DNA of 51,924 bases from Octopus bimaculoides (GCF_001194135.2 NC_069005.1:9030620-9082543); one strand, 5' to 3'; shown: positions 24,120 to 35,850, numbered from the stretch's first letter. Numbers and translations: made by a program. The notes: generated by a model not told the origin, from the sequence alone.

Positions 24120-25270
24120 GGTCTTCATTGTCATCATAATCAACATCATCACCATCATCATCATCAACACCATCTTCATCACAACCAACATCAACATCCT
24201 CCTCCTCCGCCTCCCCCTCCTCCTCCCCCTCCTCNNNNNNNNNNNNNNNNNNNNNNNNNNNNNNNNNNNNNNNNNNNNNNNNNNNNNNNNNNNNNNNNNN
24301 NNNNNNNNNNNNNNNNNNNNNNNNNNNNNNNNNNNNNNNNNNNNNNNNNNNNNNNNNNNNNNNNNNNNNNNNNNNNNNNNNNNNNNNNNNNNNNNNNNNN
24401 NNNNNNNNNNNNNNNNNNNNNNNNNNNNNNNNNNNNNNNNNNNNNNNNNNNNNNNNNNNNNNNNNNNNNNNNNNNNNNNNNNNNNNNNNNNNNNNNNNNN
24501 NNNNNNNNNNNNNNNNNNNNNNNNNNNNNNNNNNNNNNNNNNNNNNNNNNNNNNNNNNNNNNNNNNNNNNNNNNNNNNNNNNNNNNNNNNNNNNNNNNNN
24601 NNNNNNNNNNNNNNNNNNNNNNNNNNNNNNNNNNNNNNNNNNNNNNNNNNNNNNNNNNNNNNNNNNNNNNNNNNNNNNNNNNNNNNNNNNNNNNNNNNNN
24701 NNNNNNNNNNNNNNNNNNNNNNNNNNNACCACTGCTATCACCATAACCTTTGCTATTATCATCACCACCTCCATCATCACCATATCAACACCACCACCAC
24801 ATCCACCACCACCATCACCAATACTACCACCATCACTACTATCACCATAACCTTTGCTATTACCCTCATCACCTCCATCATCTCCATATCACCTTCACCA
24901 CCACCACCACCAACAACAACAGCAGCGACAACATCACCATCACCTTCATCTCTACCCACCTGGACTGCTACCACCACCACCACCACCACCACCATTACCA
25001 CCACCACCATTACCACCACCACCATTACCACCAATGTTGTTATCGTCTATCATGCAACATTGACCACATTTTAATGGAATATGTCACCGGGGGTGGGGAT
25101 TTCACATTCCTGTGGTTGTTGTTGTTGTTGCTGCTGCTGTTGATATTGCTGCTGCTGCTGCTGCTGCTAATGATGATGATTATGATTGCCGTTGTTGTTT
25201 TCCTTTCCTTGAGGATATTGCTGTCGTCGAAGTTGTTGTTGTTGTTGTGGATGCTGTCTGCACCACCCCC
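24120..25270. repeat. (CAT)n/(CAC)n/(GCT)n low-complexity tract with an internal duplication of about 54 bp (24730-24783 vs 24833-24886)
   Basis: Seen directly in the sequence; spans an N-gap. Confidence 0.9.
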
Positions 25271-25726
25271 ACCCCGTAATAATTGTGGTTAAAAGACTTT
25301 CAAATAAACCACATCAATTATTACTCAACATTGACCTTCAGTTTGTATGTGTGTATGCAAGTATGTGTGTGTGTATGTATGCATGTGTGTGTGTGTGTGT
25401 GTGCATGTGTGCATAAAACACCTATATTTTCATATTCTTTTACTAGCTCTGATCATTGGATTGCAGCCATACTGGATCGAGGCACAGCCTGACAAAGGGC
25501 TTTTGTCCCTTACATCCCTTGTTGCTTGTCTGCTATTTTCTTTATCATTTATCTTTCACTTGTTTCAGTCACTGGACTGTGGCCATGCTGGGGAACTGCC
25601 TTGAATGGTTTAGTCTAATGATCCTCAACCACAGTCCATAGGACCCTTGGAGATCCATATAAAATGTTACTGTTTAAATGTATGTGCAATAAATTGGTTA
25701 TACTTCTGCAATACACAAGATATCTC

Positions 25727-26233
25727 TTTTATTCTTTTACTTGTTTCAGTCATTTTGACTGCGGCCATGCTGGAGCAACACCTTTAGTCGAACAAATCAA
25801 CCCCAGGACTTATTCTTTGGATGCCTAGTACTTATTCTATCGGTTCCTTTTGCCGAACTGCTATGTTACGAGGACATAAACACACCAGCATCTGTTGTCA
25901 AGCGATGTTGGGGGGGACAAACACAGACACACAAATATATACACACACATACATANNNNNNNNNNNNNNNNNNNNNNNNNNNNNNNNNNNNNNNNNNNNN
26001 NNNNNNNNNNNNNNNNNNNNNNNNNNNNNNNNNNNNNNNNNNNNNNNNNNNNTATATATATACATATATACGACGGGCTTCTTTCAGTTTCCATCGACTA
26101 AATCCACTCAGAATACTTTGGTTGGCCCGAGGCTATAGTAGAAGACACTTGCCCAAGATGTCATGCAGTGGGAATGAACCCGGAACCATTTGGTCGGTAA
26201 GCAAGCTATTTACCACACAGTCACTCCTGCGCC
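25727..26233 (-). mobile_element. SINE family B, full length
   Basis: Head, CORE-like segment, internal microsatellite (with gap) and tail are all present. Confidence 0.92.
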
Positions 26234-26778
26234 TATATATTAATTATTTTGGAGGCTAAATTACAGCAACATTAGTCCTATACCAGGACTGCCGTTTTAT
26301 GTTGGCAAACAATCTTTACTACAAAGTACTGTTGCTGAATTTGTGAATATCTCACGTTGTGAGTTTTGAAAATAGTAATTTTCTAATTAAATAATAAGTT
26401 CCAAAATTTAAACGGAAACACAACGAAGGAATAAACGGAAAATTCATACAGAAGACAGGACGTTGCTTATTCCTTCTCGGTTACTTTCCAAAAGATCCTT
26501 ACAATTTCATGCCTTCACTGATAATATTGTTCAGCTTTTGTGGTGTCAACAGTGAGAAGCTGCTGGGAATAGGGAACAGATGTTGGGGATGGTAACAAAA
26601 ACAAACATGATGACTGGCTTCTACACAGTTTCCATCTACCAAATTCTCTCACATAACATAGGTCAGCTCTGGGCTCTAGTTGAAGGTGTTGCACAGAGGA
26701 ATTGAACTGAAAAACTACCTAGTTGCATAATAAGCTTCTTAACCACACAGCTGCGCTTGCATTTATAAAACGTATGTT

Positions 26779-26855
26779 TCCCCATGCTAGGAATTGAACC
26801 CTTGTTGCTTGGGTGAAAACCCGCCCAGAAATCCCAACCACTACACCGCGTGGGG
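26779..26855 (-). pseudogene. tRNA-Glu(TTC) pseudogene
   Basis: Minus strand CCCCACGCGGTGTAGTGGTTGGGATTTCTGG[GCGGG]TTTTCACCCAAGCAACAAGGGTTCAATTCCTAGCATGGGGA aligns to the eukaryotic tRNA-Glu pattern. It has a TTC anticodon, A and B boxes and a 6/7 acceptor stem, with a 5-nt insertion in the anticodon stem and several substitutions. Confidence 0.75.
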
Positions 26856-26879
26856 GGTACTATATTAATGCATGTGGGT

Positions 26880-27040
26880 AGAGGCATGGCTGTGTGGTAA
26901 GAATTTTGCTTCCGAGCCACATGGATCCAGGTTCAGTCTCACTGCATGACACTTTGAGCAGGTAGCTTCTTCTACAGATCTGGGTTGACCAAAGCCTTGT
27001 GAGGTGATTGGTAGATGGAAACTAAAATAAGCCATTGTAT
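26880..27040 (+). mobile_element. SINE family B head
   Basis: GGCATGGCTGTGTGGTAAG..GGTTCAGTCTCACTGC..CTTTGAGCAGG..GGAAACTAAAATAAGCC. Confidence 0.8.
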
Positions 27041-27514
27041 GGGTTTATGTGTTTGTGTTTGTGTGTGTACACACACACACATACATACACACATACATAC
27101 ACACATACATACATCATCTTCATCGTCATATAACATCCATCTCCTTTGGCATGGTTTCTATGGCTGGACGACCTTCCTAATGCCACACACACACACACAC
27201 ACATACAATATTTGTAGTTAGGGTAAACCCCTGCAGTTTCCTCTTGACACACATTTGCTTATTCCATTATTACAATCCAATATGTTGTCTCAATTACTGC
27301 TGGAAATATCATTTGCAGAATTATTGTTATAACAAATCAGGAAATTGGAAATTTCGTTTTCCTATGAGAAATTCTCCAGTGTCTGAAGAATTTCTAATAA
27401 GAGATTCCCTGCATGTCTATCTAACATGTAAAACATTGTAATTCCTATTAGTGAATGAAACATGTGTAATGTTGAATAGATTATACTAAAAAATTTCCAA
27501 TTTTCTGTTTTGTT

Positions 27515-27561
<47 letters not shown>

Positions 27562-27756
27562 GGGGTTTGTATGATAGTGTATAGAGGAATATATTATTCA
27601 AAAGAATTCCAACTCTGTCTGTTTTTTTATGTTTTATTTATATTCTCATAAAATTAATGTGGGATATAGAATATGGAATATATAGTATATATAGTAAAAT
27701 GAAATGAATTATTGATTGTCTTATTGAATAAATGAAGTATTGAATATTAAATATTA

Positions 27757-27801
27757 AAGGACTAGTATACTTTCTTGCATTTTAACAGTCTTCAAGGTCC
27801 C
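27757..27801 (-). ncRNA. Decayed type I hammerhead ribozyme motif downstream of the Penelope-like ORF
   Basis: Minus strand GGGAC-CTTGAAGA-CTGTTAAAATGCAA-GAAA-G-TATA-C-TA-GTCCT. Stem I is GGAC/GTCC, the core is CUGANGA with one extra U, stem II is weak, GAAA is present, stem III GTATAC is palindromic and the NUH site is CUA. Confidence 0.5.
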
Positions 27802-28025
27802 ATGTTGTGACAGGAATGTTTCAACTGTAGTTGACTGGCCGTCTTTTCTCCTTTATACACATTCCTGTGGACAGCAGTAGTAGTTGTTTGGCTATTTCTA
27901 GAAATGATGCCAAACCATTTTTCAATGTTTATTTTTAGAAATGATGACAGCAGTACTTTTGAGAGATTTTTTTGTGTTTTAGTTATAGGGTTAAGATTTT
28001 TAAACCCCAAATAAGATTAATTTAA

Positions 28026-28415
28026 TCATTGTTTATTAATCTTGGGTTTGAATTTCTTAATGAAGTCCTTTTCTCTCAGTTTTCTCTCAATTTCATTCAG
28101 GTTGTAAAGTTTATGAAATGAGAATATCATAAAAGTTTTTCGACCACATGTTTCCAGATGGTTACTCAATGGTATTTGGTGGACTTCTGGATTTTTAATT
28201 TGTTGTCGATGCACACACAAGCGTTCTGATAATGCATTACCTGTCTGGCCAACGTACAGTTCTTCACAATTTGGGCATTTGATGCAGTATATTAAATTTC
28301 TGCTTTTGCAGTTCATGTCTGCGTTTGTGAATATTTTCCCTGTTTTTGTGTTCATGTATGGGCCGGTATGAATTAATTGGTATGTGCCGCATTGGCTATC
28401 ATTGCATTTAGACAC
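28026..28415 (-). mobile_element. Penelope-like element fragment: GIY-YIG endonuclease domain (5'-truncated, GTG at the first codon)
   Basis: The 129-codon frame contains the Cys-rich linker (SKCNDSQCGTY), NLIYCIKCPNC..YVGQT (GIY-YIG core), RL..HR and the terminal REKDFIKKFKPKIN. This is the typical Penelope-like C-terminus. The RT domain is absent. Confidence 0.92.
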
Positions 28416-28416
28416 A

Positions 28417-28478
28417 GTGACTAAAAATGCAGTGCTCCAGCATGGCTGCAGTCAAATGACTGAAACAAATAAAAGAAT
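28417..28478 (+). mobile_element. SINE family B 3' tail
   Basis: GACTAAA..GTGCTCCAGCATGGCTGCAGTCAAATGACTGAAACAAATAAAAGAATA. Confidence 0.8.
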
Positions 28479-28779
28479 ATGATGATGATGATGATGATGA
28501 TGATGGTAATAATAATAATGGTGACGACGAATACTTGACCTGCTAGAAATAATAACAGGATCCCATTCAAATCACTTCTAAATTAATGTATATGTGGGGT
28601 AATCTAATCCTTGTTATACTGTAGATGAAATACAGACAATAAAGAAAAAAAAAAGAAGGGCTGGTCATTGTTGGATTGTCTTTGATTGGTGTTGAACTGT
28701 GGGGAAACAACAATAATAATGATAACATGGTAGTAACTCTACTGCTTATAATGGAGAATACACCATGCATATGCACACA

Positions 28780-28795
28780 TAAGCACGTACATACC

Positions 28796-28830
<35 letters not shown>

Positions 28831-28846
28831 CACACAAACACATGCC

Positions 28847-28877
<31 letters not shown>

Positions 28878-29891
28878 GTATACACACATATGTATATACT
28901 ATATATAGACACATAAAAATCACCACCATGATATGACATTGAGTACTTACATATGTACACTTATATACATACATACATACATACATAAACATATACCCAT
29001 GTGCATACACAAACACACACACATATGCATGCATGTCTACATACAGACATCTATGCACATACATATATATACATACAAGTATGCACATACATGTATGCAT
29101 GAACATACCTACCTAAACATATGCAAATGCATTTATACACACATACATACATACATACATACACATAAATACATACATAAATGCACAAAGACGTGCATAT
29201 ACATGTACACATACTTAAACATGTGATGAACACATGCACATGCACACACACACATACATATACACACACATATATATGCCCGTACGTACACATATATAAG
29301 CACACAAATACATACATGCATATACACACACACACACACACATACACATATATATATATACACACACATACAGATATGTGCATACACTCATACGTATACA
29401 TTAATTGTGTTTCTTTTTTTTGTTTTAGTTCTACTTTTTTTATTGCATTTTATTTCTTTTTTTTAACCGATCAACCTTTCATGGGGAGGTGACGCAGCGG
29501 AGGCAGGGATGGCACGGTGGGTTACTTTGTAACTAAAACTCCCATGCCTAATGGGGAGTGGTGATGTTTTAACAGCCAAACTTCTTGTTTCGACTAATTA
29601 TTGCTTAGGTACACCTTGTACTTCTTAGAACCATCGCTACAACAACAACAACAACACCAGATGTATTGATTCAGGTTTTTTTTGCTTTATTTTGTGATTT
29701 TTTTTTTTTTTGGTTATGTCCACTCTCCCCTCCTTTCTCGTCTCTCTCTATTTCATGTACTAACGATCAATTAATAAGCAATTTGGTTTTACAAGGCCAG
29801 GTGCCTTTAAATGTGTTACCGCCTTATCTATTGATTTGGCTACTGTGTTTATGCTGTATACATACACTGTGTATATATACATATATATATG

Positions 29892-29978
<87 letters not shown>

Positions 29979-30173
29979 ACATACATATGTATGTATATAT
30001 GTATACATATATATCTATGTATACATACATATATATGTATGCATACATATATGTATGTATACATATATATATACACACATAGATATATGTGTGTGTGTGT
30101 ACATTTGTGTATGTGTATATGTATGCATGTATGTATGTATGTGTATGCATATATATGCATGCACATATTTAGA

Positions 30174-30226
<53 letters not shown>

Positions 30227-30440
30227 GTATGTTTATGCATATACATGTGTGTGTGTATGTCTATATATACGTGTTTAAGCATATATATGTATATATGTGT
30301 GTATATACATGTATGTAAATGCATGCATATGTATATCAGTATATATGTATGTATGTATTTATGTATGTATGTATGTATTTGTGTATGCATGCATGTATGT
30401 ATGTATGCTTGTGTGTATGTGTGTGTGTGTGTGTGCGTGC
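28780..30440. repeat. Extended (CA)/(TA)/(TG) microsatellite mosaic with a small unique island at about 29400-29860
   Basis: Seen directly in the sequence. Confidence 0.9.
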
Positions 30441-30594
30441 GTAACAGAAACCAATTAATTGGTCTGGCTGCTTTGGCCTGGGCTTGGTGCATCGCTGTGT
30501 GTCATGGTATGTCGTGATGTTGTTATGGTCTACTTCGAGTTCTGATTTCTGCTATGAGACTTATCTCTGTGGTTTTTGTAGTGCTTAAGGCCAA

Positions 30595-30628
<34 letters not shown>

Positions 30629-30910
30629 AAATACAAACATAAAGCAAACAACAACAACAAAAAAAAACACTGGAAAGCTATATAACTAAATGAAAAACAA
30701 ATAAAAGTGAGACAGAGCAGAGAAGAGAAGGCTTGGCTTGCTGTTAAGAGTTTGTGGTTTTGGAGCAGGGGATTAACTGAGGAGGGGGGTGGGTGTAGGN
30801 NNNNNNNNNNNNNNNNNNNNNNNNNNNNNNNNNNNNNNNNNNNNNNNNNNNNNNNNNNNNNNNNNNNNNNNNNNNNNNNNNNNNNNNNNNNNNNNNNNNN
30901 NNNNNNNNNN

Positions 30911-31350
30911 GGCATTGATGCAATGTTACAGCCATTACTACTACTACTACTACTACCACCACCACCACTACTGCCATTACTGTTACTACTTCCACCATTA
31001 CTACTATCATTAGAGCCATCTCCACCACTATCATAACCACCACCACCACCGACATTACAACCAACATGACCACCACCACCACCACCACTTCTGTCACCAC
31101 TCCCACACCCACCACCTCCGTTACCTCTTCTACTACCACCATCACCACCATTACCACTGCTGCTACCACCACTGTCACCACCATTACTATTACTACGGCC
31201 ACCACCACCATGACCATCATCAGCATCACTATCACCAGCACCACCACCACCACTACTGTCACTGTCAGCAGCACTATCATTGTGAGCACTACCACCACCA
31301 CCACCACCACCACCACCACCACCACCACCACCACCAACAACAACAACAAA
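30911..31350. repeat. (ACC)n/(ACT)n low-complexity tract
   Basis: Seen directly in the sequence; explains the poly-T and poly-V ORFs. Confidence 0.95.
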
Positions 31351-31464
31351 ATCACTTACCGAATCAAATCCTAGTTGCTTGCGACATTAAAGAACATCAA
31401 AGACAATTAACCATTACACCCAATAACATATATTTACTTTTAGTTGTAACTTTTTTTATATTTT

Positions 31465-31690
31465 TTTTTACTTGTTTCAGTCATAAGACTGTGGCCATGC
31501 TGGAGCACTGCCCTTTTAGTTGAGCAAATCGACTGATGTTCTTAGATTACTTGTTTTTAAAGTTTGGCATTTATTCTGTTGGCCACTTTTGCTGAATTGT
31601 CATGTTACGAGGGACATAAATGAACCAACACTGGTTGTCAAGATTTGGTGGAAGGAAAGAGACAAACACAATCACAGATACACATGCACA
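31465..31690 (-). mobile_element. SINE family B 3' half
   Basis: TACTTGTTTCAGTCATAAGACTGTGGCCATGCTGGAGCAC...GACAAACAC. Confidence 0.8.
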
Positions 31691-31754
31691 CACACACACA
31701 CACAATATCAATATATATATATATATATATATCAATATCATTATGTATATATAG

Positions 31755-32234
31755 TTGAGGCAAGTGAAATTGAAATCGAGTTAAATTCGACGACTGGCAC
31801 CCATGCCAACGTCGTCTCCTTCATTGGACACGAAACTCAGCTTGTGTAGACTTATTGGGGCAAGCGAAAGCGAAATCGTGATGGCACCTGTGCCCAGCGT
31901 TGCCTTTCTGGCACTTGTGCCTGCGGCATGTGTAAGGACTTTCGAGCGAGATCGTTGCCCCTGGACTGGCTTTTGTGCGGGTGGCACATAAAATACAGTA
32001 TTTTGAGTGTGGCCGTTGCCAGTACAGCCTGAGTGGCCTTCGTGCCGGTGGCATGTAAAAGCACCCACTACACTCTCTGAGTGGTTGGCGTTAGGAAGGG
32101 CATCCAGCTTTAGAAACTCTGCCAAATCAGATTGGAGCCTGGTGTAGCTATCTGGTTTCACCAGTCCTCAGTCAAATCGTCCAACCCATGCTAGCTTGGA
32201 AAGCGGACGTTAAACAACGATGATGATGATGATG
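31755..32234 (+). mobile_element. Longest family C copy, with internal tandem subunits
   Basis: Repeated TGGC..GTGC(C/G)GGTGGCA..TAAAA subunits precede the common tail. The 5' part is also found inverted at 51545-51750. Confidence 0.85.
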
Positions 32235-33409
32235 ATATATGTATGTATATCCTAAAATTATGGAATGGAGTATATAAAATCCTGGCTAGTGGAATAAAAT
32301 CATAGCTAGTGGAACTTCAGAAGCAGTCATTATCCAAACAAGGGGTAGACTGCAAGCTACTCTTCAGGCCTAGGAGACCTTAACTACATGAAGTTTACGT
32401 TGCTGTTAGGAGATCCCGTGTTTACTTGCAGGGGATTCGATCTGTTTTTTTTAAAAATATCTTCTACTGACTGCTTGAAACTCACTATCTTCCTACACCT
32501 TGCTCCTTAGATCTTACTAATATATATATATATTATTATTACTAACCCATGCATGTTGTAGTATAGAAGAAATAAATGAGCCTGAAAAATGCACAGATAA
32601 TATGCGAAGATTTATTTATGTTATAAAATAAATACCCATAACTGATTCCCTTATTGTTTGATTTTCAAAATGGCACATTATAAGGAACATGGAATAAGTG
32701 TTATAAACTGTATTGTTTCCCCATACAGTCTGTGTGTACGTGTGTGTGTATATATATACACATATATACACAGTGGACTTCCACATAGTTTCCATTTATC
32801 AAATTCCCTCACAAAGCATTGGTTGGCCCAGATCATAGCAGGGTACATCCCTAGGTCCAAAATATAAAACGAGGGTCTGTTTTAAAATATTTGTATTTAA
32901 ATTTAAAACTTCCCATTTAATTTTTCTGTAAGACATTTTGATCAAATTACATTCAAAACACCAACTTAGTCGTGAAAATTAAGTTAACTCATAAAATCTC
33001 TTCAAATTCTTAATTATTTTACAAAGATAATTGAAACACCTGAGCCGCATATTTCGTTAAAAGTATAACAACGACTGGCTTTGAAAGTTCAAACAAGATT
33101 TTCAATTGCAAGTGTAGACATTTTTATATATATTTTCTGTTTTTTTGTTTTTCAAAAACAAAAAGGCTATTTTAAATTCTGTAAGAAAAGCTTTTGATCT
33201 GTATATGAACTTTCTTCCATGGATTTCTTCAAGAAGTACCAACCTAATCTGTTTCTTAGAATTTTGTTTGGTAGATAGCACCGTAATTGGAAGCTTATGT
33301 ACTTGTCTAACTTGTTTCGAGAAATCTTCTGATTGCACAAATGCACAAAATTGTGTACTTTGAATTATCTGGCTGCCCACAAATCTAACCTCTATAACAG
33401 GTACTCCAT

Positions 33410-33712
33410 TGGTTACGATGACCAATATTCCATTTGATCCGATCAATGGGGCAGCCTGCTTGTTAAATTAACATACAAGTGGCTGAGTGCTCCACAGACA
33501 CATGTACCCTTAACGTAGTTCTCTGGGAGATTCAGCATGACATAGAATGTAACAAGGCTGGCCCCTTTGAAATACAGGTACTACTTTTTTTTTGCAAGCT
33601 GCATGGACTGGAACAATGTGAAATAAAGTGTCTTGCTCAAGGACGCAATGCGCTGCTGGGTGTCAAATTCACAACCTTAATGATTCCGAGCTTACTACCT
33701 CAACCACAAAGC
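33410..33712 (-). mobile_element. tRNA-derived SINE (family D-related)
   Basis: Minus strand has a tRNA-like head, then GCGTCCTTGAGCAAGACACTTTATTTCACATTG and a distinct 3' part ending near CATCGTAACCAATGGAGTACC. Confidence 0.7.
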
Positions 33713-33935
33713 CTTTCACTCTAAACATGACAAGGATTCCAGGTAAATCCACTGCAGGGAATGTTCACTGCTATCGATTGACTGTGAAGAAAGTTTACTG
33801 AGAAAATATATCCATAGAATCTCACCATTAANNNNNNNNNNNNNNNNNNNNNNNNNNNNNNNNNNNNNNNNNNNNNNNNNNNNNNNNNNNNNNNNNNNNN
33901 NNNNNNNNNNNNNNNNNNNNNNNNNNNNNNNNNNN

Positions 33936-34235
33936 TTATTCTATCGGTCTCTTTTGCCAAACCGCTAAGTTATGGGGACGTGAACACACCAGCATCGGTT
34001 GTCAAGCAATGTTGAGAAGACAAACACAGACACACAAACATATGCACACACACATATATATATACATATACACGACGGGCTTCTTTCAGTTTCCGTCTAC
34101 CAAATCCACTCACAAGACTTTGGTCGGCCCGAGGCTATAGTAGAAGACATTTACCCAAGATGCCACGCTGTGGGATTGAACCCGGAACCATGTGATTGGT
34201 AAGCAAGCTACTTACCACACAGCCACTCCTGTGCC
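33936..34235 (-). mobile_element. SINE family B, tail in N-gap
   Basis: High similarity to 7192-8033. Confidence 0.9.
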
Positions 34236-34469
34236 TTTGTTAAAAAAACTATTTTATTGGAAAAAAACCCCCCAAAAATAATGGTGTATTAATGATGGTG
34301 CAGTGACTTGATGATGCTGAATTAATGAGCTTTCCCTGTGATGAATTGATGACAATGAACTGATGACAGTGAATTGATGATGGTCAGTTTTCCCTGTGGT
34401 GAAATGATGAAGGTGAATTTACCGGACATGCACAACAAAGTAGTCCTTATGCAGAAGTATTTCTGTTTG

Positions 34470-34730
34470 CCTTGAGCCCTGGTTCTCATAACTCTGGAGC
34501 TTAACCCAGTTTCCATAATGCATGTGTGACCGAGAGTATATGATACTCTCGAACAGGACGTTGGTCTGTTGCAGGATTAATCCCTCTGCTATTGCTGGAA
34601 TTGCAACAAAACGGACAAGAGAAAAACGAAATGAAGAATTTTAGCTCAAGAACATGATGCACTGCCCTATCTGGGAACTGAAACCACAATCTTACAATCA
34701 CAACGGCAACACCCTAATTACTAGGCCACT
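34470..34730 (-). mobile_element. SINE family D (V-domain-like), degenerate
   Basis: Minus strand GTGGCCTAGTAATTAGGGTGTTG head, TTCTTGAGCTAAA and AATCCTGCAACAGACC..GTCC. Confidence 0.6.
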
Positions 34731-35145
34731 TGTGTTCACGTTCTTATGGGATAGTTTGACCTGCTAAACATAGTAGTCAAATTGTAACTGAACTGGGAAT
34801 TAAGCTATAATAATAACAACAGGAACATGCATACACACATGCACAAACTCATGCACAAACTTACACGCTCTCACACGAACCAACAGAAGAAGAACTTCTA
34901 TGAAGGCAAACAGGCTGCTAGAAAGAGCAACACACATATCCCTCATGAAATCACATGTCGACCACTCAGAAATGGAAGGGTCACCTTTGGATCACCTCCT
35001 TCAATGCCCTGTCCATTGTAGCAAGGCATGTTTCTGTCGCTTTGTTAAACTCTAACCTTTCATCCTCTGACAAAAGCTCCCCTCCTCAAATGTCGCTGCC
35101 CCTTTCAAAACTCCTTGTCTTGCGAGTTACTTATTGACCCTGTCA

Positions 35146-35436
35146 GTGCTGGTGCCACGTAAAAAGCATCCAGTCTAGACTATAAAGTGGTTGGCATTTG
35201 GAAGGGCATCCAGCTGTAAAAATCATGCCAAAAGTAACCTCGCCTGTGCTAGTGCCATGTAAAAAGCACTGAGCCCACTCTGTGGAGTGGCTGGTGCTAG
35301 GAAGGGCTTCCAGCTGTAAAAACCCTGCTGAAACAGATACAGTAGCCTGGGGTAGTCTTCTACCTGGATGGCTCCTGTCAACCATTCTACCCATGCATGC
35401 ATGGAAGATGGACATTAAACGATGATGATGATGATG
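35146..35436 (+). mobile_element. Family C tail with a duplicated subunit
   Basis: Two consecutive GTGCCA(C/T)GTAAAAAGCA...GGAAGGGC.TCCAGCTGTAAAAA units, followed by a (GAT)n tail. Confidence 0.8.
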
Positions 35437-35629
35437 ATATATATATACAGTGTCTGAGGAGATTAATGCAGCTGGTTAATCTTTTGGTGAGATGTCAACT
35501 GGATCAGGGATCAGCTAGGCAGGGTTAACTAATAACAACAACAACAACAAATAAAAATAATAACAGCATTAATTGACTCATTAGCACCAATCACCATTTC
35601 ATTAAATCTGGTCAGTGTTGCATGATAGA

Positions 35630-35850
35630 TAACAACATGGGTGGTGGTGGTGGTGATCATGGCTATAGTTGTGAAGATGGTGTTGTTGGTGGTAGTGGTG
35701 ATGGTGATGGTAGTAGAGTTGATGCTGGTGATGGTGTGAGTGGCGATAGTGGTGGTGCTGGTGTTGATGGTAGTGGTGATGATGATAGTGGTGTTGATGA
35801 TAGTGGTGGTAGTGGTGATGGTCATAGTAGTGGTAGCAGAGGTTGTGATG

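Noticed and set aside
27385-27415. CTGAAGA followed by stem ATTTCT/AGAGAT
   Set aside because: The GAAA box is missing, so no hammerhead can be supported.
29755-29800. Perfect branch-point TACTAAC followed by AG sites
   Set aside because: No plausible exon or strong donor follows; a single 7-mer is expected by chance.
2822-32161. Recurring peptide LQSDLA(E/K)FLQLDALPNANHSESVVGAFTC (2822-3028, 6222-6572, 13960-14343, 31781-32161)
   Set aside because: Antisense translation of the SINE family C tail, not a multi-copy gene.
6458-35436. Regularly recurring 30-40-bp motifs that might suggest a CRISPR-like array
   Set aside because: They are dispersed SINE copies or internal SINE subunits. There is no constant repeat-spacer periodicity and no cas genes, and the DNA is eukaryotic.
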